DNA of 64,000 nucleotides from contig CACMNK010000002.1 in the NCBI GenBank assembly GCA_902615145.1, forward strand, positions 20,838-84,837, read 5' to 3'. Within the stretch, counting starts at the first letter, position 1; every line of letters begins with the position of its first letter. Source of the DNA: an uncultured Pelagibacteraceae bacterium. Lineage in GTDB: Bacteria; Pseudomonadota; Alphaproteobacteria; Pelagibacterales; Pelagibacteraceae. This document shows, piece by piece, positions 47,866-61,588 of this stretch. Under the pieces are notes generated by a model. The model saw only the letters and a program-made list of their open reading frames with translations, was not told where the DNA came from and did not search any database. Both the position numbers and the translations under genes were made by a program.

Positions 47866-48105
47866 ATGAGTACAGAGAACCTTAAAAGCAACCAATTTCA
47901 CGATGCAGTTAGAAGCTCGGATATAAGTGAATATATTGAAAATAGTTTAGATAATTTTTCTAATAAAAATAATAATGAAGGTTACTGGAGACTTTATAGT
48001 AAAGATAATCCTAATGAAGATGGTGATCAAGTAAAAGCTGTTTCTGGTATATGTTTTACTTTTGTAACATTATTTGTTTTGGGAACTTATTCTTGTCTGT
48101 TTTAA
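47866..48105 (+). CDS. Small hypothetical protein with C-terminal membrane anchor
   Basis: 79 aa; polar N-terminus, hydrophobic C-terminus; fills an intergenic gap. Confidence 0.6.
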   Translation: MSTENLKSNQFHDAVRSSDISEYIENSLDNFSNKNNNEGYWRLYSKDNPNEDGDQVKAVSGICFTFVTLFVLGTYSCLF

Positions 48106-48131
48106 GTTATTAAATTTTTTAAAATTACATA

Positions 48132-48794
48132 TTATTCAACTTTCCAATCAGTTTTGAATGTTACATAATTTACTTGAATACATCTTCTCTCTTTAACTAT
48201 TTTTTTCTTTTCCATTCCGTGCCAAGTATTTGGGCCACTTGAAAACAAATAACCATAATTATGCTTATATGGCACTGTCTTAACTTTCTCTAATTTATTA
48301 TTGTAAAAATCGGTACCTAAATCTTCAGACTCATTTTCCTTATTTACAAAAATTAGTCCTGACATTAGTTTTTCTTTTATATCACAGTGAGGTTTCAACC
48401 AGAAACCTTCACGATCACAGATAACCTCTACTCTTACATAAGAATTGGAAAGATCTTTGTTAATCATTTTTGAAATTGACTCATAGGTTTCTTTGGATTG
48501 TAATTCATTTATAAATCTAACTAAGTTTGGAAATTGTGCTGAGTTTTCTTTTGTAACAAAGCATCTAAATTTTATTGCTTTACCACCAGATGCAATTCCC
48601 TCTCTAAATTCTGCAGCTCCACCATCGATTGCTCTTGTACCATCGTAAGATAGGTTATGTTTGCTTACATCTGGTATATCCGCTGTAATTACTTCCTGAA
48701 TTGCATTTTCACTTAAAGCATTATTATATTCCCAATGATCAAATGGGAAATCATACTTTTTGGATTGATTTAATATAGAATTAAGAAATGTCAT
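48132..48794 (-). CDS. 2OG-Fe(II) oxygenase family protein
   Basis: LKPHCD (HxD), GTDFY, TWHG, RRCIQVNY. Confidence 0.85.
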   Translation of the reverse strand: MTFLNSILNQSKKYDFPFDHWEYNNALSENAIQEVITADIPDVSKHNLSYDGTRAIDGGAAEFREGIASGGKAIKFRCFVTKENSAQFPNLVRFINELQSKETYESISKMINKDLSNSYVRVEVICDREGFWLKPHCDIKEKLMSGLIFVNKENESEDLGTDFYNNKLEKVKTVPYKHNYGYLFSSGPNTWHGMEKKKIVKERRCIQVNYVTFKTDWKVE

Positions 48795-49731
48795 AGTCTT
48801 TTAATTTGCTCTTTATATATCCTGATATTCTATCTGTTTCATTAAGTTTTTCATATTTCCAGACTTCTAAATTGTCACCTAAATCTTTAATGATATTGAG
48901 TTTTTTAAACATTTCAAAAAATTTTTTAAATCTATAGTTATTTTTTATATATGGCATATGCGCTACATAAATCGGTTTACCAGTGATTGCTGCCTCCGAT
49001 ATCATAGAGGTTGAATCACATGTAACGACAATATGATCTGCTAGTCCTAAAGAAGATAAGTAAGCTTTTTTATCAATTTCACTAACAATAATTTGATGGT
49101 CATCAAAATAATTTTTTGCTTTATCAATCACATTTTTTGGAGTTCGCATTGAGGGTATAAATATTAATTGATAGTCGTTATTAATGAAATTTTGTTTAAT
49201 TTTTGAAAATATTTCTTCTACTACTTTTGGTTTATAGTCATAATATTTATTAGGCCCTCCTACAACTAAAGTGACAATTTTTTCTTTCTTAATCTTTGGT
49301 TTTAAATATGAAGTATTTTCATCCAGCTCATTTTCTCTCAGGTAATGAATTGCTCCCTTAGTCGAAATTACATTTTTTCCTATTAATCCATCATGTTCTG
49401 GAGCCACAACAAAATCAAAGTTAGTTAATGAAACTTTGGGATCTTGAATGTGAATGTTAATAATTTTTTCTTTAAATTTTTTTTTTAAGTAAATTGATGG
49501 TATTACACTTTTTCTTCCGCAAGAAATAACAATATTAAAATCATGCAGAATATTATTTTTAAATACAAAACTTTTGATTGGTGTTATTTTTGGTGGAATA
49601 AGCTTCCAAAAATTATCAAGTTCAATTTTTTCGTGTATAAAATCAAGATCTAAAGCTTTTGCAAGTCCTTCAACCTGACTAATCATACCGTGCATTCCCT
49701 CGGTCAATAATAAACCTTTTAATTTAGTCAT
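48781..49731 (-). CDS. ELM1 (mitochondrial fission ELM1-like) family protein
   Basis: GMISQVEGLA, HIQDP, FDFVVAPEHD, SMRTP, VTCDSTSMISEA. Confidence 0.88.
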   Translation of the reverse strand: MTKLKGLLLTEGMHGMISQVEGLAKALDLDFIHEKIELDNFWKLIPPKITPIKSFVFKNNILHDFNIVISCGRKSVIPSIYLKKKFKEKIINIHIQDPKVSLTNFDFVVAPEHDGLIGKNVISTKGAIHYLRENELDENTSYLKPKIKKEKIVTLVVGGPNKYYDYKPKVVEEIFSKIKQNFINNDYQLIFIPSMRTPKNVIDKAKNYFDDHQIIVSEIDKKAYLSSLGLADHIVVTCDSTSMISEAAITGKPIYVAHMPYIKNNYRFKKFFEMFKKLNIIKDLGDNLEVWKYEKLNETDRISGYIKSKLKDYDIS

Positions 49732-49752
49732 TAATCACTATATAGCTTTCAT

Positions 49753-50697
49753 ATGAGTCAAAATCCAACTAAACACACAAAAGTGTTAATAATTGGATCT
49801 GGTCCCGCCGGATACACAGCCGCTGTTTACGCTGCAAGAGCAATGCTCAATCCAATTTTAGTGTATGGATCAGAGCCGGGTGGTCAACTTACTACAACAA
49901 CTGATGTAGAAAATTATCCAGGATTTGCTGATGTAATTCAGGGGCCTTGGCTGATGGATCAAATGAAAGAGCAAGCTAAAGCTGTTGGAACTGAGATGAT
50001 AGAGGATCACATTAGTTCAGTAAATTTAAAGACTTCTCCTTTTGAAGCTATGGGTGATACTGGACAGAAATACACTGCTGACAGCATTATTATTTCAACC
50101 GGTGCTCAAGCAAGATGGCTAAATTTAAAATCAGAGCAAGACTTTAGAGGGTTTGGTGTTTCAGCGTGTGCTACGTGTGATGGGTTTTTCTTTAAAGATA
50201 AAGAAGTTGCTGTTGTAGGTGGTGGTAATGCAGCGGTTGAAGAAGCGATGTTTCTTACAAAATTTGCGTCAAAAGTAAAATTAATCCACAGAAGAGATAG
50301 TTTGAGGGCAGAAAAAATGCTTCAAAAAAAATTAATGGAAAATAAAAAAATTGAAATTATTTGGGACTCAGTTGTAGAAGACGTTGTGGGAGATAAAGAC
50401 CCTAAAAATGTTAAGGGAATTAAAATTAAAAATGTTAAAACAAATAAAATCCAAGAACTTAAATTAGACGGAGTTTTTATTGCTATAGGTCATGATCCAG
50501 CTACTCAACTTTTTAAAGATCAATTGCAAATGGATAAAGAGGGTTATTTAATTACAAAACCAGACTCAACAGAAACAAATATTCCTGGTGTTTATGCAGC
50601 TGGTGACGTTAAAGACAAAACATTTAGACAAGCAGTAACTGCAGCAGGAATGGGTTGTATGGCGGCTTTAGAAGCGGAAAAATTCTTATCACACTAA
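49753..50697 (+). CDS. trxB: Thioredoxin reductase
   Basis: GSGPAGYTAA, CATCDG, GGGNAAVEEA, AAGD, RQAVTAAG. Confidence 0.98.
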   Translation: MSQNPTKHTKVLIIGSGPAGYTAAVYAARAMLNPILVYGSEPGGQLTTTTDVENYPGFADVIQGPWLMDQMKEQAKAVGTEMIEDHISSVNLKTSPFEAMGDTGQKYTADSIIISTGAQARWLNLKSEQDFRGFGVSACATCDGFFFKDKEVAVVGGGNAAVEEAMFLTKFASKVKLIHRRDSLRAEKMLQKKLMENKKIEIIWDSVVEDVVGDKDPKNVKGIKIKNVKTNKIQELKLDGVFIAIGHDPATQLFKDQLQMDKEGYLITKPDSTETNIPGVYAAGDVKDKTFRQAVTAAGMGCMAALEAEKFLSH

Positions 50698-50698
50698 C

Positions 50699-51646
50699 GT
50701 GAAAAATAATCTTCATGTATTTTTAGGTGCAACTGTAGCTGATGCTGCTGCAAGACCTTTGCATTGGGTTTATAATCAAAAAAAGCTAAATTCTTATATA
50801 AGAGGAAAAAAAGACTTTTCTTTTCTAAAAAAAAATAAAAGTCCTTTTTATAATATCAAAACAGGTAAAGTTTCTGGATATAATGAAATTGGTCAGGTCA
50901 TGTTCAAAACTCTGCTTGAGGGACATGATGATATCAACCAACGTTTTAAAAAAAATATTCTTAAAAATTTCGGCCCTGGAAGTATTTATTGGCGGAATCT
51001 GGGGCTTAGATCAAAGTATAAAAAAGTTAAAGACTGGCGTGGCATAGTTAAAGGACCCTGGATACATCAAAATGTAATTGAAACTGTAAAAAATATAAAA
51101 TTAAAAAAAAAATCTACTGGTGGAATTAAAGTGAACGAGTCAGATGGTTTTTGTGCCAGCCTTCCATATTTTCTTTATGGTTATGATTTTAAAAGTTTAG
51201 AAAAGATAATTACTACTGTAACGATTTCAAAAATCAGTCACAAATATGCATTAGCAAAATTTCACATTATTGATCTTGCTCTTAAAGGTGCGAAAAATCC
51301 AATAAATGAATTTGTCAAAAAATTTAAGAAAAGTCACAATTTTAAGATAATTATAAATGACATAATTAAAATTAAAAAATTAAAATCAAAATCTCACTCA
51401 TTCGTTGTAAAAAAACTAGGAATGGCATGTAGCTACCCAGGTACATTTAATAGCTCCATTCATGCAATACTAAGTTCAACAAATTATCAAAGAGCTATTT
51501 TAAAAACAATTAAGGCTGGTGGATGTAATTGCTCCAGAGCAAATTTTATTGGCGCATATTTTGCAGCATTAAAAGGATTAAACGCTATTCCAAAATCTTG
51601 GATCAAAAAAACTCTTCCAGCAAAAAAAATCTTAAATCAAAGATAA
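50699..51646 (+). CDS. ADP-ribosylglycohydrolase-fold protein
   Basis: GATVADAAARPLHWVY; C-terminal AGGCNCSRANFIGA...AIPKSW. Confidence 0.8.
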   Translation: MKNNLHVFLGATVADAAARPLHWVYNQKKLNSYIRGKKDFSFLKKNKSPFYNIKTGKVSGYNEIGQVMFKTLLEGHDDINQRFKKNILKNFGPGSIYWRNLGLRSKYKKVKDWRGIVKGPWIHQNVIETVKNIKLKKKSTGGIKVNESDGFCASLPYFLYGYDFKSLEKIITTVTISKISHKYALAKFHIIDLALKGAKNPINEFVKKFKKSHNFKIIINDIIKIKKLKSKSHSFVVKKLGMACSYPGTFNSSIHAILSSTNYQRAILKTIKAGGCNCSRANFIGAYFAALKGLNAIPKSWIKKTLPAKKILNQR

Positions 51647-51648
51647 AG

Positions 51649-55031
<3,383 letters not shown>

Positions 55032-55050
<19 letters not shown>

Positions 55051-55787
55051 TAATCACTGGTGGGGCAACTAGAATTGGCGCTGCAATAGCTGAGGAATTA
55101 TCTGGCCCGAATATAGAAATAATTATCCATTACAATAAATCAAAATCCAAGGCAGAGAAGTTAAGGAGAAAATTGCAAAAAAATGGAACAATTGTAAATT
55201 TAATTAAAGGTAACTTAAGCAAAGAAAAGGATATTTTAAAAATTATCAAATTTTCAAAATCCAAAATGAAATTTTTTGACTGCTTAATTAATAATGCCTC
55301 AATATTTGAGAATGACAAATTAGAAAATTTTAACTCAAAAAGTTGGGAGAAGCATCTTTCAACAAATCTCAAAGCCCCTGCTCTTTTATCGAAAGAGTTT
55401 TCAAAGAATACTAGGGGAAAAAATAATAATATTATAAATATTATTGACCAAAGAGTTTTTAAGCTCACTCCATTTTTCTTTTCTTATACGCTAAGTAAAA
55501 GTGGACTTTATACATTAACAAAAACTAGTGCTATGAGTCTTGCACCAAAAATACGTGTGAACGGTATAGCTCCTGGCCCAACAATAAAGAATAAAAGACA
55601 ATCTGATAAACATTTTAAAAAACAATACTTAGCAACACCATTAAAACAACAGGTGAATGTTGAGGAAATATGTAAAGCTGTAAAATTTTTAATTGAAAAT
55701 AGTTCTATTACAGGTCAAGTTTTGGCAATTGATAGTGGTCAAAATTTGAATTGGCAAACTCCCGATGTTATAAATAGCAAAGAATGA
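55032..55787 (+). CDS. SDR oxidoreductase, pteridine reductase/FolM-like
   Basis: [24 protein letters not shown]; near folB. Confidence 0.85.
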
Positions 55788-56692
55788 GATTTTTAATTCT
55801 TACTATCTGGTTATATCTTACAACAATAGTTTACGCGGATAATCATAATATTAATAAAAGCGGATTTTTATCAAAAAAATTAGAGGTAACAGAACTATCA
55901 AAAATAGATAATCCTAAAGAAAAAATAATTTTAATTTATAATCATGGTCAAAATACTTTTGATGGTTCGGGTAAGTCTTGTACCGATTATGGACAAATTA
56001 GAAATCAAGGTTCACTTGTTGGTGAGAGAATAAATGGAAAAGAGATTATGGTTTATAATCTTTGTACTCATAAATTCAAAGGTGATATGCCACTAAGATG
56101 GTGGATATCAAAAGATAAACCATATGTAGGAAAAACAAAAATAGACAAAAGGGTTGACGCTAATTTGCAATTAGTAAAGAAAATTAATTCTTTAGGTGTT
56201 CCAAAAAATCAAATTTTTGTAACTGGACATTCTTGTGGGGGTCTCACAACTTTATTATTTTTTTCAAGATACCCAGATCAAGCAGCTGGGGGAATAGCGT
56301 ATATGCAGGCATGTTTTGGTAAACTTTCGAAACAATATAAAGTTAAAAAACTAGGAGCTGATAAAGCTTTAGAAAATTTCAAAAAGAAAAGACCTGGACC
56401 ATATAAAATTCGTGAAAAATTTAATGATGAAATTAAAAATTTGAAAGTACCGCTACTAGCCTTTACCCATCCAAAAGATAATTATGAGGGATTACTATCA
56501 GACTGGCTGGAAGATATACCTGGCATGAAAAGAATAGTTATCTCAGATGATTTAAAAATTAACGGGATAAAATGTAAAAAGAAGGGAAAATATAAAACGG
56601 AGCCTATCAAGAGAGGACACGATATGGACCAAGGCACTTGTTTCCAGTACTATAATTCAGAAATAAAAAACTATATCAAATCAAGAATTTAA
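55784..56692 (+). CDS. Secreted alpha/beta hydrolase
   Basis: Signal peptide; YNHG, GHSCGG nucleophile elbow, late GH. Confidence 0.78.
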   Translation: MRFLILTIWLYLTTIVYADNHNINKSGFLSKKLEVTELSKIDNPKEKIILIYNHGQNTFDGSGKSCTDYGQIRNQGSLVGERINGKEIMVYNLCTHKFKGDMPLRWWISKDKPYVGKTKIDKRVDANLQLVKKINSLGVPKNQIFVTGHSCGGLTTLLFFSRYPDQAAGGIAYMQACFGKLSKQYKVKKLGADKALENFKKKRPGPYKIREKFNDEIKNLKVPLLAFTHPKDNYEGLLSDWLEDIPGMKRIVISDDLKINGIKCKKKGKYKTEPIKRGHDMDQGTCFQYYNSEIKNYIKSRI

Positions 56693-56695
56693 TTT

Positions 56696-57121
56696 ATGAG
56701 AAAGAATAATTTCAAAGTTGTAAAAATTGATAAGAAAAAATCTCTTTTTAATTACGAAAAAAAAATATTAATTAATGAACTAATTCTAGATTTAAAACTT
56801 GGTTATTATGATTTTGAGAAAGTTAAAGCTCAAAAAGTAAAATTTAGCTTAGAGATAGATTATGAGGACAAAAAACCTACCAATGATAAGGACATAAAAT
56901 CAATCGTTAACTATGGCACGGTGGTAAAATTAATAAAGAACTTAGTAAAAAAGAAACATTATAATTTTTTAGAGACATTAGCTGAGGCTGTATTTGATGA
57001 AATATTTAAAGATCAAAGAATAGGTAAAATAACTTTAAAAATTGAAAAACTGGAAATTGTAAAAAATTGCTCATCCGTTGGAATTCAAATTTCAAAAAAA
57101 AGAAGTCATGATAAGCTCTGA
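56696..57121 (+). CDS. folB: Dihydroneopterin aldolase
   Basis: LGYYDFEK...QKV, IVNY, FLETLAE, IEK, SVGI. Confidence 0.85.
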   Translation: MRKNNFKVVKIDKKKSLFNYEKKILINELILDLKLGYYDFEKVKAQKVKFSLEIDYEDKKPTNDKDIKSIVNYGTVVKLIKNLVKKKHYNFLETLAEAVFDEIFKDQRIGKITLKIEKLEIVKNCSSVGIQISKKRSHDKL

Positions 57122-58943
57122 AGTTGGAAAAGAAGTTATTAAAAAAGAACTTTCATTAATTCCTAAACTGCCTGGTGTTTATCGAATGTTGAATGAAAAA
57201 GATGAAATTCTTTATGTTGGGAAAGCTAAAAATTTACCCAATAGATTAAAAAGTTATATCTCCGAAAAAAATCACATTATTCGAACAGAAAGAATGTTGT
57301 CCCAAACAAGGAAACTTGAGGTCACAACAACATCTAACGAAAGCGAGGCTCTACTTTTAGAAGCAAATTTAATTAAAAAATATAAACCTAAATTCAACAT
57401 ACTTTTAAGAGATGATAAATCTTTTCCATTCATATTTATTGGCAATAAAGACAAATGGCCCCAAATAAAAAGACATAGGGGAAAAAAAACTAAAGAGGGA
57501 TTTTATTTTGGCCCTTTTGCCTCTGCCGGTTCTGCAAATTGGACCATTAAAATGATACAAAAAATTTTTCATTTAAGAGTTTGTGATGATACTGTTTTTA
57601 AAAATAGAGAGAGACCTTGTATATTATATCAAATCAAAAGATGTTCTGCTCCATGTGTTGATTATATAAATAAAGAAGATTATCAACAAACAGTAAAGAA
57701 TGCGATTGAGTTTGTTTCTGGTAAGTCGAGAAGAATTCAAAAAAATTTATCAGATCAGATGGAAAAGGCTAGTGAGGATTTAGATTTTGAAAAAGCAGTA
57801 ATTCTTAGAGATAGAATAAAGTCTTTAAATATAATTCAATCATCTCAGAGAATAAATGAAGCCAATCTTGTAGAAGCAGATGTAATTGCTGGTTATAAGG
57901 AGTCTGGTAAAACTTGCATTCAAGTATTTTTTTACAGGTCAAAACAAAATTGGGGTAATCAGTCCTTTTTCCCAAAACATGATCCTGATGAAAAATTAAG
58001 TAACATTTTAAATTCTTTCATTTCTCAATTTTATGAAAATAAAAGTGTTCCTTCCTCAATAATTTTATCTGAGGAAATAAAAGAAAAAACTTTAATTGAA
58101 AAAACTTTGTCCCAAAAGGAAAATAAACAGATAGTTATTTCTGTAGCAAAAAAAGGAGCAAAATTAAAAGTTATTAACCAAGCTATAAAAAACGCAAAAG
58201 ATAGTCTTAATAGAAAACTATATGAGAGCCAAAATAATCGAGATTTATTCGACTCTGTAGCGAATAAATTTAATTTAGAAACAAATATCAATCTCATAGA
58301 GGTTTACGACAATAGTCATATTCAAGGAACAAATAGCGTTGGTGCTTTAATTGCTTATGGTGATGAAGGATTTATCAAAAAAAGATATAGAAAATTTAAT
58401 ATAAAAATAAAAAAAAATGAGCAAGATGACTATGGAATGATGAAAGAAGTTTTATCAAGAAGGTTCAAAAGAGCTGTCCAAGAAAAAGATAATTACCTAA
58501 CTTTTCCTGACTTAGTTTTAATAGATGGCGGAAAAGGCCAATATTCAGTTGCAAGAGAAAGTTTAAATGAGTTAGGGCTACATGATATTCCTATAATTGC
58601 AATAGCCAAGGGGAAATTAAGAAATAGTGGAAATGAGACATTTTTTCATAATGGTAAAGAATATAAATTTGAAAAAAATGATCCTACCCTTTTTTTTCTC
58701 CAAAGAATCAGAGATGAATCTCACAGATTTGCAATAAGTGCCCATAGAGCTAAACGAAAAAAGGGTTTAAGTAAGTCCCTTTTAGATCAAATAGATGGTA
58801 TTGGAATGATAAGAAAAAGAGCATTGCTTAATCATTTTGGTTCTGCAAGAGCAGTTGAATCTGCAAGTCTTGATGAAATTAAATCTGTTGATGGTGTAGA
58901 AGAAAAAGTTGCTAAAAAGATATATAACTTTTTTCATGAATAA
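57108..58943 (+). CDS. uvrC: Excinuclease ABC subunit C
   Basis: [14 protein letters not shown] (GIY-YIG), [20 protein letters not shown], HhH; start probably ATG 57108. Confidence 0.98.
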   Translation: MISSEVGKEVIKKELSLIPKLPGVYRMLNEKDEILYVGKAKNLPNRLKSYISEKNHIIRTERMLSQTRKLEVTTTSNESEALLLEANLIKKYKPKFNILLRDDKSFPFIFIGNKDKWPQIKRHRGKKTKEGFYFGPFASAGSANWTIKMIQKIFHLRVCDDTVFKNRERPCILYQIKRCSAPCVDYINKEDYQQTVKNAIEFVSGKSRRIQKNLSDQMEKASEDLDFEKAVILRDRIKSLNIIQSSQRINEANLVEADVIAGYKESGKTCIQVFFYRSKQNWGNQSFFPKHDPDEKLSNILNSFISQFYENKSVPSSIILSEEIKEKTLIEKTLSQKENKQIVISVAKKGAKLKVINQAIKNAKDSLNRKLYESQNNRDLFDSVANKFNLETNINLIEVYDNSHIQGTNSVGALIAYGDEGFIKKRYRKFNIKIKKNEQDDYGMMKEVLSRRFKRAVQEKDNYLTFPDLVLIDGGKGQYSVARESLNELGLHDIPIIAIAKGKLRNSGNETFFHNGKEYKFEKNDPTLFFLQRIRDESHRFAISAHRAKRKKGLSKSLLDQIDGIGMIRKRALLNHFGSARAVESASLDEIKSVDGVEEKVAKKIYNFFHE

Positions 58944-58951
58944 AAATAAAA

Positions 58952-59536
58952 ATGCTTAAGAAAATACCAAATATATTGACCATTGGAAGAATTTTGATTG
59001 TTCCATTTTTTGTTTTAGCATTTTATCTTCCTGGTTTTTATGGAGACTTTACTGCATTAATTCTCTTTTTAGTCGCATCATTTACCGATTTTTTAGATGG
59101 TATGTTAGCTAGATTACTTGGAGAAGAGTCTAAGCTAGGTGAGTTACTAGATCCAATTGCAGATAAAATAATTGTTGCTGCAGCTCTCATTCTTTTGGTA
59201 ATGGATGGTACTATTAAAAATTATGAAGTTATTGCTGCTATAATTATTCTGACGCGTGAAATATTAGTTTCTGGTCTAAGAGAATTTTTAGCTAAAGGTA
59301 AAATTAAACTTCCTGTTTCAAATCTAGCTAAATTGAAAACTGTCTTACAGATGGTTTCGATTGCTCTTTTACTGTCAGGAGATACTGGAAATAAAATTAT
59401 AAATTTTCAGGATTATAACGCTCAAACAATAGGAATTATTTTACTATGGCTCTCTGCAGCTTTAACTCTTTTTACCGGATACGAATATATGAGAAAAGGA
59501 ATTGATCACGCTATTTCAGAAGATAGTAGGGATTAA
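58952..59536 (+). CDS. pgsA: CDP-diacylglycerol--glycerol-3-phosphate 3-phosphatidyltransferase
   Basis: PNILTIGR, TDFLDGMLAR, GELLDPIADK; follows uvrC. Confidence 0.96.
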   Translation: MLKKIPNILTIGRILIVPFFVLAFYLPGFYGDFTALILFLVASFTDFLDGMLARLLGEESKLGELLDPIADKIIVAAALILLVMDGTIKNYEVIAAIIILTREILVSGLREFLAKGKIKLPVSNLAKLKTVLQMVSIALLLSGDTGNKIINFQDYNAQTIGIILLWLSAALTLFTGYEYMRKGIDHAISEDSRD

Positions 59537-60414
59537 GCTGCTTTTTTCTTTTTTACTAAAGTTTGATAGCTCTCATTAAGATTAATTATCATATCACAAA
59601 CTTTGTAATGATTTTCAGCAATACAAGATACTGGGGTTACCTCAGCAGCAGTGCCAGTTAAGAAACATCCAACAAAATTCGGGAGTTCACTTGGATTTAT
59701 TTTTCTTTCGTGAACTTTAATATTTTTAGATTTTGCAATTTCAATAACAGTCCTTCTTGTAATACCATCTAAAAATGAGTCAGGTATTGGGGTATGCAAC
59801 TCTCCATTTTTATCTTTGAAAAAAATATTTGCACCTGTGGCCTCGGCAACATTTCCCTCATAATCTAACATCAATGAATCTGTATATCCCTGTTTTTCAG
59901 CTTCGTGCTTTGAAAGAGTACATATCATATAAAGTCCTGAAGCTTTTGTATCCCAGGGAATAGTATCTGGCGCAGGTCTTCGCCATTTAGATATATTTAA
60001 CTTAATACCCTCTACTTTAAGTTTTGGATCAAAATAAGATCCCCACTCCCAAGTAGCTATCGCTACATGAATTTTTGTATGCTGAGCAGATATTGCCATC
60101 ATCTCACTTCCTCGCCAAGCAACGGGCCTAACATATCCATTTTCAACTTTTTGGGTTGCAATTATTTTTTTACTAGCTGAATTAATTTCCGCTTCTGTAT
60201 ATGGAATTTCGAAACCCATTCTTTTGGCTGAATAAAATAATCTTGAAGTATGCTCCTCTAATTTAAAGATCGAACCATCATAAACTCGCTCTCCCTCAAA
60301 AACACAACTCGCATAATGTAAACCATGACTTAAAACGTGTAATTTAACCTCTGACCAATCGACTAAATCGCCATTGTACCATATTTTTCCTGATCTTTTA
60401 TCGTAAGGTATCAT
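59533..60414 (-). CDS. ilvE: Branched-chain amino acid aminotransferase
   Basis: HGLHYASCVFEG, EATGANIF, LDGITR, TGTAAEVTP. Confidence 0.95.
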   Translation of the reverse strand: MIPYDKRSGKIWYNGDLVDWSEVKLHVLSHGLHYASCVFEGERVYDGSIFKLEEHTSRLFYSAKRMGFEIPYTEAEINSASKKIIATQKVENGYVRPVAWRGSEMMAISAQHTKIHVAIATWEWGSYFDPKLKVEGIKLNISKWRRPAPDTIPWDTKASGLYMICTLSKHEAEKQGYTDSLMLDYEGNVAEATGANIFFKDKNGELHTPIPDSFLDGITRRTVIEIAKSKNIKVHERKINPSELPNFVGCFLTGTAAEVTPVSCIAENHYKVCDMIINLNESYQTLVKKKKAA

Positions 60415-60480
60415 GAATGAAATATTTATTTATTAAAAAATATCTTTGTATCTATAATATGTCAATATAACTTACCTATA

Positions 60481-60918
60481 ATGAAAGAACTTTTATATCT
60501 AAAAGATGACCAATTGAAAGATTTGATTGAGAAAATATTTGTTGGCTATAGAGAAACCTTTTCAGACTCAAAGAAAATTCTAGATAAATACTCAATTGGT
60601 TTAGCTCATCAAAAAGTTATACATTTACTATCAATGTATGAGGGTATTTCAATTTCTAAATTACTTGCAAAACTAAAGGTAACAAAACAAAGTTTGAATA
60701 GGGTTTTAAAAGATTTGATAAAACTTGAGATTGTTGTTTTTAAAAAAGATGAGATAGATACAAGAATTAAACATGTTTATTTAAATGAAAAAGGTAAAAA
60801 AATTTTCGAGGAAATATTTTTGTTACAAAAAAAAAGAATTTATAACGCCCTTTTAGACTCAAGTTCTGAAGAGGTAATTAACTTTGATAAAGTACTAAAA
60901 AAAATCATTAATGGATAA
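60481..60918 (+). CDS. MarR family regulator (PetP-like)
   Basis: VTKQSLNRVLKDL wHTH, DTR; ilvE-marR-ompR context. Confidence 0.9.
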   Translation: MKELLYLKDDQLKDLIEKIFVGYRETFSDSKKILDKYSIGLAHQKVIHLLSMYEGISISKLLAKLKVTKQSLNRVLKDLIKLEIVVFKKDEIDTRIKHVYLNEKGKKIFEEIFLLQKKRIYNALLDSSSEEVINFDKVLKKIING

Positions 60919-61588
60919 TTTTATTGCTCATATATTGGTTGTAGATGATGACGATGGAATAAGATCTTTAGTAAAAAAGTATCTAAACGAAAATAAATTT
61001 TTAATATCTACAGCAGAAAATGCGGAAGACGCTAAAAAAAAAATAGAATTAATAAAGTTTGATTTGATTATATTAGATATAATGATGCCAGGTAAAAATG
61101 GATTAGAGTTTATTCAAGAAAATAAAAAAAAATTAGAGACTCCAATTATTTTATTAACTGCAAAAGGTGAGCCAAGTGAGAGAATTGAGGGTTTGGAAAT
61201 AGGAGCTGATGATTATTTGCCTAAACCTTTTGAGCCTAAAGAATTAATTTTAAGAATTAAAAATATTTTAAATAAAACAAAAAAAATTAGTCAAAAAAGA
61301 GTGATTGAATTTGATAAAATAAAAATTGATCTTAATAAGCTTATAATTCTAAAGAATAATAAAGAATTTAAGATTAATAATACCGAAAAAATTATTTTAG
61401 AGAAAATGATTAATAATCCAGGCAAGACTTTTTCCAGAGAAAATATTGGGACAATAATTAATTTAGATAAAGAAAGATCTATAGATGTAATTATTACTAG
61501 GTTGAGAAAAAAAATTGAGGATGACCCAAAAAATCCTAAATTTTTACAAACAATGAGGGGAGCTGGGTATGTTTTATGGATTAAATAA
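60911..61588 (+). CDS. OmpR-family response regulator
   Basis: VVDDD, LDIMMPG, GADDYLPKPF, RSIDV...RLRKKIE. Confidence 0.95.
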   Translation: MDNFIAHILVVDDDDGIRSLVKKYLNENKFLISTAENAEDAKKKIELIKFDLIILDIMMPGKNGLEFIQENKKKLETPIILLTAKGEPSERIEGLEIGADDYLPKPFEPKELILRIKNILNKTKKISQKRVIEFDKIKIDLNKLIILKNNKEFKINNTEKIILEKMINNPGKTFSRENIGTIINLDKERSIDVIITRLRKKIEDDPKNPKFLQTMRGAGYVLWIK

